Positions 45,387 through 55,130 of a stretch of 64,000 nt of DNA are shown here, piece after piece; the stretch's first letter is position 1, and every line of letters begins with the position of its first letter. The position numbers were made by a program, and so were the translations under genes. The DNA comes from Candidatus Latescibacterota bacterium. Its GTDB lineage: Bacteria; Latescibacterota; UBA2968; GCA-2709665. A model generated the notes under the pieces. It was given only the letters and a program-made list of their open reading frames with translations. It had not been told where the DNA came from and ran no database searches. The DNA is taken from contig OZ244744.1 in assembly GCA_965219455.1 (NCBI GenBank), positions 2,491,587 through 2,555,586 on the forward strand, given 5' to 3'.

Positions 45387-47357
45387 TCGTGTGCGCCACA
45401 GTGATTTGTGTTTGTGTTGAGGCGTTGGTGTCGATTTATATGGAATTGGCGTTTTGGATGGTTTTTAGGGCCGTGTTTGTCGTGGTCGCTATGGTAAATT
45501 GAGTATCCGAAGTGGCGTTGAGACGCGTGGTGGACACACCGGTCCGTTGAGGGGTGTGGGGATGGCGCCGCGTTTGTGTGTCATCGGTGGTGCTGCATTG
45601 GTGTTATCCAAATCCGGTGCGTTCAATGATACGCCAGGTGCTGAAGAGGCGATCGAGGGTGGGTTGATAGCCGATGAGCCGTAACGTGGTGGTGCGCGCG
45701 CGTTGGATGACGTGGCAGGGAATCAAGATAATGCTGTGGATGAAGCGCCGGAATTCCATGCAGACGTACTGCTGTCGATCACGGTGTCTGTGCATCATCA
45801 TGGCAAACCAGGATTTGAGGTTCCAGGCCAGGGCGGCGATGACCATATAGGCCCAGTTGCTGACCAGGTCATACAGGGGCACGCGCAAGGCGTTGACGCC
45901 GTTTTTGAGTTGCTCGATGACGTTCTCCTGATCGCAGCGTTGGTTGGCGCAGGCGACGATCTCTTGGGGGGTCACGTCCGTGCGTGTCGTGATATAGAAG
46001 AAATAACGGCATTCGTCGAACAGGACAAGGTCGCCCTTCATTTTGCTGATGTTCTTGCGCAGGACCACGACGCGATACCCACGTTTACAGCGCGTGGGTT
46101 GGTAGTTGAACTCGGCCACGTGTTCGTGGTTCAGCACCAGGTTGGCGTAGGCCCGCTTGTGGACGATGCGCTGTTTCTCGTGGGGCTGATTGCGCTTCCG
46201 CTTCTGGTCGGTCACGGTGTGATAACGGGGTTTGCGTTGCAGGGGCTGCCATTGTGCCTCGTCGAGGGCCTCGGCACGGGAACGCATCGCCGCGTTGGCG
46301 TCCATCCCGAAGATGAAGTCGACGCTTTTGGCCCAGCGATCAAGATGTCGAGTCAAGAAAAAGTCGGTGTCGCCACGCACACAGATGCGCTTGGCGTGGG
46401 GCTGCACCAGGTCGATGGCCGCGTCGATCCACTGTGCCGCACCGGTGTGGCTGGGCACATTCCCCGGTCGGTTGACCAGGAAGAGCACTTCCTTCGTGTT
46501 GGAAAGTGAGATCACCAGCGGATGGTAGCCCCAGATGCCCTGGTAAGAGATGTCCATACCCCTCTTGCGCTTGCCATACGTGGGCACGTTTGTGCCGTCC
46601 ACATCGATATAGGTGATGTCACCAAGCAATTTGCGGCCACGCGATGCCCACAAGGAGGATCGCACCGCGTTGATGCACGCCATCAGTTCGACGATGTCCC
46701 GTTCCGAGAAGCGTCGGCAAAAGTCACCCGCCGTGGTCGGATCGGGAATCAACTTGGCGCCCAGGGCATTCATGTAGGCCCCGTCACTTCGCAAACGCTC
46801 GATATCCTCCAGGCGCGTGCCGCCGCATAACACGTTGTATGTGATGTTTAGTACGTGGTCCGACTCATGATAGGGCAGATGCACCTTCAACAAGGACAGT
46901 GACGCGTCGATGCGCTTGGGCAGACCCAGCTTGGTGACCAGGCGATGCACGGCGCCGATGCCTCCGTAACTCATCGCGTCGGTGTAGGCGCCTACCTCGT
47001 AGTGCACTTTGCCAGGACTGAACATGGGCCGGCGCTGGGCCTGCCAATGCCCCGCTCGACCGTGGCGGGCGGCCACTTTGCGTTTGCGACGAGCACGATT
47101 CCTGCGGCTGTCATCAACCGATATTCTTTTCACCGGAAAGGTCTCCTGCGTTGGAGTGATGATTTCTAGCACAATCCATCTATCTCCAACAACGGTAGGC
47201 CTTTCCGGTCTCTTGGACCAGAAAAATTTCACTGGTCACGCTTGTTTAAGGTCTAGTGGCGGTCGCTGGAAAACCCGAACTTACAGCTGACTGATCATGC
47301 GGCAGAACGAGCTACGTCCTGTTGACCGCGCAACGCCTTTTCATTTACGGAGACCAG
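45387..47357 (-). mobile_element. Insertion sequence of the IS4/IS1380 superfamily; ends not confidently defined
   Basis: A single DDE transposase ORF. A 12-nt direct repeat AATAAGCGAGTA sits at 45375-45386 and 47358-47369. I could not find convincing terminal inverted repeats. Confidence 0.5.
45604..47232 (-). CDS. DDE transposase, IS1380-like / IS4 superfamily
   Basis: 542 aa. TYGKRKRGMDISYQGIWGYHPLVISL...LFLVNRPGNVPSHTGA...VRGDTDFF...NQRCDQENVIEQLKNG carries the R-x3-E-x6-K signature. Confidence 0.8.
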   Translation of the reverse strand: MKFFWSKRPERPTVVGDRWIVLEIITPTQETFPVKRISVDDSRRNRARRKRKVAARHGRAGHWQAQRRPMFSPGKVHYEVGAYTDAMSYGGIGAVHRLVTKLGLPKRIDASLSLLKVHLPYHESDHVLNITYNVLCGGTRLEDIERLRSDGAYMNALGAKLIPDPTTAGDFCRRFSERDIVELMACINAVRSSLWASRGRKLLGDITYIDVDGTNVPTYGKRKRGMDISYQGIWGYHPLVISLSNTKEVLFLVNRPGNVPSHTGAAQWIDAAIDLVQPHAKRICVRGDTDFFLTRHLDRWAKSVDFIFGMDANAAMRSRAEALDEAQWQPLQRKPRYHTVTDQKRKRNQPHEKQRIVHKRAYANLVLNHEHVAEFNYQPTRCKRGYRVVVLRKNISKMKGDLVLFDECRYFFYITTRTDVTPQEIVACANQRCDQENVIEQLKNGVNALRVPLYDLVSNWAYMVIAALAWNLKSWFAMMMHRHRDRQQYVCMEFRRFIHSIILIPCHVIQRARTTTLRLIGYQPTLDRLFSTWRIIERTGFG

Positions 47358-47468
47358 AATAAGCGAGTAACCCGACGTGCTGCGGCTTCGGGCAGACCCC
47401 CTTCGCGCATCTGCATTCGCGACTGGGGCGCGGAAAGAACTCAGACCGAATGGCAAGTGGAAAGTCAC

Positions 47469-47894
47469 ATGAACGCCCACGACGCGATGTCGATTCGATA
47501 CCAGAGTACCCTTGAGGGAATCCGTGCCGATAATCTTGGGAGATTCTTCGAGGGTTGGCCTGATCCTCCGTCCCCGGAAGCGCAGCTTAGAATAATACAG
47601 GGCAGCGATTTCTTCGTTCTGGCTATTTCGCCGGAAGGACAGGTCGTCGGCTGGATTTCCGCCATCTCGGACGGTGTGTCCTGTGCATATATTCCTCACC
47701 TCGGTGTATTGCCCGACTACCAGGGTATGGGCATTGGGGCTGAGCTCGTCAGAAAGATGCTCAAAAAGGTTGGACATCTCTACATGATTGACCTCGTGTG
47801 CGACCGGGATGTGGCTGATTTCTACGTCAAACAAGGTTTCTCGGAGTGCGTGGGAATGGTTGTTCGGAATTTCGAGAGACAGAACTGCGAATAG
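47469..47894 (+). CDS. GNAT-family N-acetyltransferase
   Basis: ATG at 47469. VGWISAISDG...LGVLPDYQGMGIGAELVRKML contains the Q-x-x-G-x-G motif A. Confidence 0.75.
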   Translation: MNAHDAMSIRYQSTLEGIRADNLGRFFEGWPDPPSPEAQLRIIQGSDFFVLAISPEGQVVGWISAISDGVSCAYIPHLGVLPDYQGMGIGAELVRKMLKKVGHLYMIDLVCDRDVADFYVKQGFSECVGMVVRNFERQNCE

Positions 47895-47901
47895 GGTCGA
47901 G

Positions 47902-48621
47902 ATGATTCCTCATTCCAACGATGAGATATCCGAAGAAACGGCCAGATACTATGCGGCGCGTGCTCCGGAATACGATCTTAGCGCGGGGTATCTGACTCTC
48001 GACGCAGACCCTGTCCGCGTAGCGAAAAAGAAAAGATATCAGCAGCTTTTTCGGGGGCGCGACGTACTCGAGCTTGCGTGCGGAACCGGATACTGGACGG
48101 CGGTCCTCGCAGAAACTGCAAAGTCGGTTGTCGGAATCGACGTCAACCCGGAGATGATCTCCCGGGCTCAATCGAGGTGTAATCATTTACCGCATGTGAA
48201 ATTCCGTCTGGCAGACGCGTATTCCCTCGGCCCGGAGGCAGGCACTTACACGGCAGCGTTCGCCGTCTGGTGGTGGTCGCACATTCCCGGGTTCCGCGTT
48301 CGGGAGTTTCTGCAATCGCTTCACCGCAGGCTGATTCCCGGTGCGCTCGTGCTGTTTTCTGACCAGCTCGAATACGACGTTCCCAGAGTTGACGGAATGG
48401 CCACGCAACGGCGCGAGGATTCCAACGGCGATACCATCGAGCGGCGTGTTCTCTCGGATGGGCGGGAGTACGATATCGTGAAGAATTTCCCGACCGAACA
48501 GGAACTTTCTGCAGCCGTCAATGGATTTGGAACGGGCATCGAGTACAGGGAGTGGCCCGGCGAGAAACATTGGGAGCTGACGTACAAGTCTGGCAAAACG
48601 CAAGATAGGGCAAAACCCTGA
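47902..48621 (+). CDS. Class I SAM-dependent methyltransferase
   Basis: ATG at 47902. VLELACGTGYWTAVLAETAKSVVGIDVNPEM. Confidence 0.8.
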   Translation: MIPHSNDEISEETARYYAARAPEYDLSAGYLTLDADPVRVAKKKRYQQLFRGRDVLELACGTGYWTAVLAETAKSVVGIDVNPEMISRAQSRCNHLPHVKFRLADAYSLGPEAGTYTAAFAVWWWSHIPGFRVREFLQSLHRRLIPGALVLFSDQLEYDVPRVDGMATQRREDSNGDTIERRVLSDGREYDIVKNFPTEQELSAAVNGFGTGIEYREWPGEKHWELTYKSGKTQDRAKP

Positions 48622-48905
48622 ATAGCATCAACCAACTCCTCGAGTATTACGAGATCGCATTCTCTTTCCGCGATATTCCGCGGGAGGTAGACGTTCTGGA
48701 GGAGGCCGCCCGTCGCTTTGCAGAGATCCCTGTCAAGACCTTTCTCGAGATCGGATGCGGCAACAGCCCCCACATGGAAGAGCTGGCAGGCAGAGGCTAC
48801 GATTTCATAGGAATCGACACAAGTGACGAAATGCTCACGTACTCGAAGGAGAAAGCCAGGAAACGGGGAGCTCACGCGCGGTTTGTGAAGGCGATCATGG
48901 AAGGC
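48618..48905 (+). pseudogene. N-terminal fragment of a third SAM methyltransferase, in frame with the downstream hydrolase-like ORF
   Basis: My translation: (L)NSINQLLEYYEIAFSFRDIPREVDVLEEAARRFAEIPVKTFLEIGCGNSPHMEELAGRGYDFIGIDTSDEMLTYSKEKARKRGAHARFVKA. CTG stands where an ATG is expected, and the post-motif-II part is missing. Confidence 0.6.
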
Positions 48906-48962
48906 CGTTCTCTGCGGTCTCTGCAGCAAAAAAAGACGGTACGGATTTTGGAGGTCATCGCT

Positions 48963-51221
48963 ATGATCCAGCCAAGTCACGAGTGGGTACGGCGGGCGCG
49001 CACCTTTCAGATAGAGCAATACCACCCGCCCTTCTGGCCCGACATCGACTTTGACGCGAAGCAGCTCGTCGATGTCGTGCGGAAATACCACGCCAACGCT
49101 ATCTGGTTCGGCAGCGCGGGTAAATGGGCGGTCTTCCCCAATGAGTTCTTTCCCCCGCACCCTCAATTAGGTGAGCGCGACCTGCTCGCCGAGACTATCG
49201 CCGAGGCCCATGCGCGGGAGGTGCGCGTCATCGGGTACATTCCCGTGGGGCACATTATTCCCGAAGATAACATGCTGATCCATCATCCGGAGTGGATGTA
49301 CCGCCCCAGCCCCGAAGGCAACGCTCCTGCCCTGAGGCACCACGGCGGCGGATTTCACCGGCACGTCTGCTTTAACACACCGTACCGAGAGGCTATCTGC
49401 GCTTTCATCGCACAAGTGGTGGACCACAACGTCGACGCGATCTACACCGATTCTGCCTGTCCTTACCATTCGCACCACACCCCGCAGTCACCCTTGTGCT
49501 ACTGCGACTATTGCCTCGAGAAGTTCGATAGGCAATTCGGCTGCCCAATGCCGTATGCACCCGATCCGCACAGCCTGCCTCGGGAAGACCAGGAGATGCT
49601 GGAAGAGTGGAGCCTGCAGTACGGCAGGATCGTCGGCGATGTCTTTCTCGAATTCGCCGCCGCGACGCGAAAGAAGAAGGACATCCCGGTGCTGACGCAC
49701 GGCCTGGGTGTGGGCAACTGGCCCGAACGCAGGATCGTGGAGGTGCACAATGGATTTCTCTACGAGGCCGGAGGCGACTTCCTTCATCGGCTCGAAGCGG
49801 CCAGTCTGGCCGAGTCGTCGGGTTGGGCTATGTGGCAATACGTCGGCGCCTTGACGGGCTGGTCGCGGACGCAGTGCTTCGGCATGGAACTCGTCGAGGA
49901 AGCGGCAGCCAGCTTTGCTTCCGGAGGGGGCGTCCTGGTGGCGTGCGGCGTGAACCTTTGGCTGTCGCCTCCCCACAAAGCCAATCGTGAGCTGGTGGAG
50001 CTCCTTGAGATCCTGGAGACGAATGAATCACTCTTCGAAGATCTCCACCCGTCACCGTTTGTTGCTATTCCATTTGTTTTGCCAGTGCGGGTGTATGAGA
50101 TGCTCGAGCGGGTGCGGTTCCGCGCCGAGCCCCTGGTGATGCGCGATCGTCCGCGCGATGTCATCGGCCAGTTCAAGCAGGACCTCGCCGACCGTCCGGG
50201 GGAACTCGAGGCCCCGCTCTCCGAGGCGGGCTATCTCGTGCGCACGCCCCCGCAGCAATCCTGCCGTCGCGGGGCTTTCTCGACCATGCTGGCCAACCAT
50301 TTGCCGACATCGGTGATCGAGGAGCGGGTTCTCTCCGATCCAGCGGCGTTGGCAAAGTATCCTGTTCTGTTTCTGCCCAACGTCGGCCATCTCACGCGGG
50401 AGGAAGTCGAGGGCATCACGGAATATGTGAAGGTGGGCGGGCGGCTCCTGGCAACGTACCGGACGAGCCTGTACGGTGCCGAGCCCGAGGAGATGCGCGA
50501 TAACTTCGCCTTGGCGGACCTTCTGGGCGTGGACCGCGTGGACCCGAACCCCGACCAATTCGCTGATTACGAACAACACCTCTGGGCCGCGGGGACGTTC
50601 GACACGTACGGTCGCTGCGTTCCGGGTCAATGGCTGGCCGAGGGGTGCTCGCATGAGCTGTGGCCGCTCAATCGGTTCGAGTTCGTCCAAGCGCGGCCGG
50701 GAACCGACGTGGTGGCGAACATCGTCTTCGGCGGGCGCGAGGACGACGCTCTGTGTCCCGCCGTCACCTGCCGGACGGTTGGCAAGGGCCGCGTCGTCTA
50801 TCTGGCCGCGCCGGTGGAGGAGCTTCATTTCGAATATCGCCTGCTGGTGGTCCGCGATCTTCTGGGCGCCGTGGTGGATTGGCTCTACCCGGAGGGCCGG
50901 CCTCTGATGACCGATGGCCCGAACCAACTCGTGATGATTCCGAATGAGAAACCGGGAAGCCAAGTGTTGTTTCTGATCAATCACACCGGCGAGCGCGTCG
51001 AGCATCTGCCGGGGATCTGGCCGCGCTTCAGCCCACAGTTTGACTATGTGACCACGATACCCGAAGTGAACCTGCGCTGGCAGCTCACGGAGCGGGGCAC
51101 TCCTCGTCGCGTGTGGGACGTTTGCACGGGAGATGACCTGGAGGTCACGTTCGACGGAAACCACTTGGAAACCATATTAACGAACATTGGACAGTACGCG
51201 ATGATTGCCGCTGAGTTCTGA
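48963..51221 (+). CDS. Putative glycoside-hydrolase-like protein: TIM-barrel GHL-type N-domain plus a beta-galactosidase-trimerisation/GATase1-like C-domain
   Basis: I prefer the ATG at 48963 (GGAGG upstream) over the ORF-track 48774. YHANAIWFGSAGKWAVFP...VIGYIPVGH...; C-terminal YPVLFLPNVGHLTREEVEGITEYVKVGGRLLATY. Confidence 0.5.
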   Translation: MIQPSHEWVRRARTFQIEQYHPPFWPDIDFDAKQLVDVVRKYHANAIWFGSAGKWAVFPNEFFPPHPQLGERDLLAETIAEAHAREVRVIGYIPVGHIIPEDNMLIHHPEWMYRPSPEGNAPALRHHGGGFHRHVCFNTPYREAICAFIAQVVDHNVDAIYTDSACPYHSHHTPQSPLCYCDYCLEKFDRQFGCPMPYAPDPHSLPREDQEMLEEWSLQYGRIVGDVFLEFAAATRKKKDIPVLTHGLGVGNWPERRIVEVHNGFLYEAGGDFLHRLEAASLAESSGWAMWQYVGALTGWSRTQCFGMELVEEAAASFASGGGVLVACGVNLWLSPPHKANRELVELLEILETNESLFEDLHPSPFVAIPFVLPVRVYEMLERVRFRAEPLVMRDRPRDVIGQFKQDLADRPGELEAPLSEAGYLVRTPPQQSCRRGAFSTMLANHLPTSVIEERVLSDPAALAKYPVLFLPNVGHLTREEVEGITEYVKVGGRLLATYRTSLYGAEPEEMRDNFALADLLGVDRVDPNPDQFADYEQHLWAAGTFDTYGRCVPGQWLAEGCSHELWPLNRFEFVQARPGTDVVANIVFGGREDDALCPAVTCRTVGKGRVVYLAAPVEELHFEYRLLVVRDLLGAVVDWLYPEGRPLMTDGPNQLVMIPNEKPGSQVLFLINHTGERVEHLPGIWPRFSPQFDYVTTIPEVNLRWQLTERGTPRRVWDVCTGDDLEVTFDGNHLETILTNIGQYAMIAAEF

Positions 51222-51648
51222 TTGAATCATCGACCTTGCCAGGCTGTTATCCCAACGTCCTTCCCGGAAGCGGGATCGTAAGGCCTCACCACAGAGCCAC
51301 AGAGGTCGAATCTTGGAGTAGAGGGGCAGTCGAATGTCTTCTCCGAAGCACCGGCTGCTAACAGGTCCACTTGCGCTTCGGTCGCTTACGCTCCCTTCGG
51401 CCTGACGGCAACCCGCCCAAGAGCGGGGCGGGTTCGCAAGTCGCCAGACCGTTATGGGCCATGCCAGCCTTCCTCCAAAAGCAGGCGGCCGTCCTGGCCG
51501 CCCAAGAGAATCTCACTACGTTCTTCAGTAGCGGAAATTTCGCTTGAAGAACTTGATTAAGATATGTAGATTTATAGCAGGTCAATAGGTGACCAATCGC
51601 AGCAGGATTGAACCGTCTTTACCATATTAAAAACAATTATGATATATA

Positions 51649-52134
51649 ATGATCCCTAAGGTCTACATCGAGACATCTATTCCCAGTTTCTATTACGAAA
51701 CACGTACAGAACCCGAGATGGCTGCAAAGCGGACTTGGACACGCCAATGGTGGGACGAACGGCGTTAGGGTTATGAGATTTTCACCAGTGAAGCGGTTAT
51801 CGATGAACTCAGTGTAGGAGAGTATCCTAACAAGGACCGAGTATTGGCCCTGGTTGCTCCTTTGCCACTGCTGCCAATTGAACCAGAAATCGCTGAGATT
51901 GTAGAAGCATATATCCAACACCAGATGATGCCTAATGATCCCCTGGGCGATGCACTCCATCTTGCTACAGCCTCTTATCATAAGTGTGAATTTTTGCTCA
52001 CATGGAATTGCAATCATCTGGCTAACGCGAATAAGTTTGCCCACATCAAGCGAGTCAACACTATTCTTGGCTTATATGTGCCCACGTTGGTGACTCCGCT
52101 GGAACTCCTGGGGGGTATTGAAGATGAAAGATGA
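51649..52134 (+). pseudogene. PIN-domain (VapC-like) toxin with an in-frame TAG at codon 40
   Basis: My translation: MIPKVYIETSIPSFYYETRTEPEMAAKRTWTRQWWDERR*GYEIFTSEAVIDELSVGE...GDALHLATASYHKCEFLLTWNCNHLANA... The TAG is at 51766-51768. Confidence 0.75.
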
Positions 52135-52294
52135 TCCGACCATTCGTAGGATTCGTGAAGTGCGTCATAGGATTTCGGAGCAATGTGATCACGACCCAAA
52201 GAAATTGGTGGCGTATTACATAAGACGCCAGAAAGAGCATCCTGAAAAGCTGGTGCGGAAAAGTAGAGAAGAATCGGTGAAACAGGAGACATAA
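52124..52294 (+). CDS. Small protein (56 aa) overlapping the 3' end of the PIN gene; probable cognate partner
   Basis: MKDDPTIRRIREVRHRISEQCDHDPKKLVAYYIRRQKEHPEKLVRKSREESVKQET. It is below the ORF-track length cutoff and overlaps the PIN gene by 11 nt. Confidence 0.5.
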   Translation: MKDDPTIRRIREVRHRISEQCDHDPKKLVAYYIRRQKEHPEKLVRKSREESVKQET

Positions 52295-52514
52295 TCCCTC
52301 GTTCTTCTTTCAAGATTTCCGCTGAATAATTCATTTAGCGGGAATTCTGTTTCAGCGACAAAGCGGGCTTACCGAACCATTTCGTTCCGATGATTGTCAC
52401 ATCCCACTAACAAACTCAAATCGCAAATGCGACGATCTGTGAGAGAAAGGGTTGCCTCATGACCGAAACGGAAAAATACCTCTTCGATGTCCACGGAGCG
52501 GGTCCATGGCGCTG

Positions 52515-54038
52515 ATGACCGAGGAGCAGAGGTGGGCCTTCGAGCTCGACGGCTATATCCTCCTCCCGAGCCTGCTCGGCGCGCCGGCAGCGGCGCACGC
52601 CACACCCGCCGCTCTGGCTGAGCATCCGGACTTGCTGGCTGCGATTGATCAGCTAGCTGGCGGGGAGTTACCACTGTGGCACCGCGCTGCGTACGACGGT
52701 ACTGAAGGGAAGGAACAGGAGTTCCACACGATCAAGTTTGAGCTGGACCGGCCGTCGCGCCGCCTGACCAAAGAGGGGCAGTGGGCCAATGATCTGACGG
52801 TGGATGAGCAGCGCCGGCTGGGCTACGACACGACCAGCCGGCCCGACCGGGTGTGCGTCTGGGGGCTGCGCGCGCTGTGGGCCGTGGGCGACAGCTGCGT
52901 GGTGGTGTGCCCCGCGTCGCACAAAGCCAACGTCCAGCCGCCCCCGAGCATGGCGCGCGCCGAGGAGCTCGGGGCGACGGAGCGCGTGCAGCTCCGCGCT
53001 GGCGACTGTCTGCTCGCGGTTGCCACCACGCTGGTCGGCGCCGCCCCAGGCTCCTCGCTGCAGGAGTGCATCTTTTGCGACGACTCCCGCTACCCTGGGG
53101 GGGCCTTCGGCCACGGCGCGACGGGTGTGGACAGCTGGCTGGATGAGCTCACGCCGGCGCGCCGAGCGCTGGTGGCCGGCCCACCACGCGGCCTCGGCCA
53201 CGACGGCCAGCCCCTCAGCAACGAGCAGCAGCTGGCGCCGTCGCTGCTGGACGTCAACACGCGGCCTGACGCTCCGAACCACGAGGAGGTCTGGTTCTGG
53301 GACCTAAGAGGCTACCTGGTGCTGCCTGGCGTGATGGACCGCGAGTGGTTAGCGCAGTGCAATGCAGCGCTCGACTCGCCCTTCGCCGAAGCCAACCGTC
53401 GGCCGGTGGGCTTTTCGAGCAGTGTCGTGGGCGAGTACCCGGACTACGAGGGCTGTTCGCAGACTATTGCCCCGGCCCCGGGCACGCGCTGCACCGAAGA
53501 GCGCGTCTCGCAGACCTGGACCCATCCCCCACCCTTCAGCGACGGCTTTCGACGCATGATCGACAATCCGCTCGTGAACGCGCGGCTGAAGTGGATGATC
53601 GACCCGGGCTTCGTCATGACGACGTGCTACACCATCGTCAGCCGCGACGGGGCGGCCGGCCAGCCCCTGCATGGCGGCTGGTTTTACGGCGCCGGCCATA
53701 TCTATCATTTCCGGGACGGACAGCCTCGTACGGAGCAGGTGAACATCGGCTGGCTGCTCCAAGACGTCGAGACGGCGACGGGCGACGGCGGACTGATGTT
53801 AGTCCCCGGAAGCCACAAAGCGCGGCTACCGCTGCCGCGCCCGAAGCAAACCAGCTGCGACCTGCCGCAGGTCAAGCATATGCAGGGGGTTGCCGGGACG
53901 GTGATCATGTACACGGGCACGACGACGCACGGCGTGCGCAGCTGGCGCAACCCCAATCGCGAGCGGCGCTTCGTCAACACCAAAGCGGGACCTAATATAC
54001 GGCGGCCGGAGCCCGAGGCGGCGCAACCGAGCCCCTGA
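52515..54038 (+). CDS. Tandem double PhyH-like dioxygenase-fold protein, very GC-rich
   Basis: Two N-terminal PhyH-type signatures: MTEEQRWAFELDGYILLPSLL and EEVWFWDLRGYLVLPGVMDREWLAQCNAAL. Each half has a PGSHK/PASHK motif. The start could be 52506 or 52515. Confidence 0.6.
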   Translation: MTEEQRWAFELDGYILLPSLLGAPAAAHATPAALAEHPDLLAAIDQLAGGELPLWHRAAYDGTEGKEQEFHTIKFELDRPSRRLTKEGQWANDLTVDEQRRLGYDTTSRPDRVCVWGLRALWAVGDSCVVVCPASHKANVQPPPSMARAEELGATERVQLRAGDCLLAVATTLVGAAPGSSLQECIFCDDSRYPGGAFGHGATGVDSWLDELTPARRALVAGPPRGLGHDGQPLSNEQQLAPSLLDVNTRPDAPNHEEVWFWDLRGYLVLPGVMDREWLAQCNAALDSPFAEANRRPVGFSSSVVGEYPDYEGCSQTIAPAPGTRCTEERVSQTWTHPPPFSDGFRRMIDNPLVNARLKWMIDPGFVMTTCYTIVSRDGAAGQPLHGGWFYGAGHIYHFRDGQPRTEQVNIGWLLQDVETATGDGGLMLVPGSHKARLPLPRPKQTSCDLPQVKHMQGVAGTVIMYTGTTTHGVRSWRNPNRERRFVNTKAGPNIRRPEPEAAQPSP

Positions 54039-54344
54039 TGACCTTTGGCGATCTATATCGCGAGAAAAGTATAGGAAATTCAAAAGCGTCGGGCTGCCCA
54101 CCCAGTCGCCCCCGCTGACGCCCTGGCAAAAGGATTACCGACGGCCTTATTCATCCACTCAAGAAAACGGTAAGCACCAAGTCTATAATCTACTACCGAT
54201 AACACCCCATTTACGGTGCGGGGCATACGCCCCTTGGCCATCCGGCACCCCGCATACGCGGGGTCGTAAATAGTGAGCACGTTACACGCCAGCAGAACCC
54301 GACATCACCACCTGACCCTTGGTAGACACTCAAGGACACGGTCA

Positions 54345-54941
54345 ATGGCAGATGAGCCGCTCAAGGTAGCGGAAAACTTAAAAGCAGAGGCGAATGTCCT
54401 AATCTCCGATTACGGACTTGGTAGAGTCCTAAGCTCTTTCGGAGATGTCTGGTACCGGGGCAGCTACGAAATGAACACGATGGTATGGCCTGACTTGGAC
54501 ATCCACATGGTCATGGTACCGGATCCCTGGTCGGTCGGGCGCTTCTTTGAGCTTGGAACGCAGCTCGTCTCACTAGGGAACGTCCTGACAATGAGCTTTC
54601 ACGACTGTGCTCACTTTCCCAGAGATGGACAGCCCGGCGGACTTCACTGGACTTGGAGGGCGGACAATCGAGACGGGGGGATTCCCTGGAAAGTCGATCT
54701 CTGGTCAACCAAGGCCGAGGTGCTGGGGCAGGACAGAGTACAGATGGAGACAGTAAGAGAGAGAATGACCGAGAAAGACAGAAGGAAGATCATTGAGATC
54801 AAGCATTCCCTCCTAACAACGGAGGGAAGGACGCCCGACTCAAGCGGCAGACATGTCTACAACGCGGTCATCTTCGAGGGCCTTGAAACTCGAGATGAGA
54901 TTGTTGAGTACCTGCGGGAACAGGGAATAAAGAACGTCTGA
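54345..54941 (+). CDS. Putative pol-beta-superfamily nucleotidyltransferase-fold protein
   Basis: YRGSYEMNTMVWPDLDIHMV fits the G-S-x9-11-D-x-D minimal NTase motif. ATG at 54345. Confidence 0.4.
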   Translation: MADEPLKVAENLKAEANVLISDYGLGRVLSSFGDVWYRGSYEMNTMVWPDLDIHMVMVPDPWSVGRFFELGTQLVSLGNVLTMSFHDCAHFPRDGQPGGLHWTWRADNRDGGIPWKVDLWSTKAEVLGQDRVQMETVRERMTEKDRRKIIEIKHSLLTTEGRTPDSSGRHVYNAVIFEGLETRDEIVEYLREQGIKNV

Positions 54942-55130
54942 ATGCCGACCAGATTGACGAGCTTCTGGCTATCGACGACGTGTCGCGTCCACCGGGCCAC
55001 GGCAACGTGTAACACGACCGTGTTCGGCCCAGACCATTCGCCCCTTCGCGCAATTGCCTTTGCCAGTTCGCGCACGGAGGGAACGTTTGCAGCACGGCAG
55101 CCGAGGGATGATGAGCGAATCGGAGAGTTG

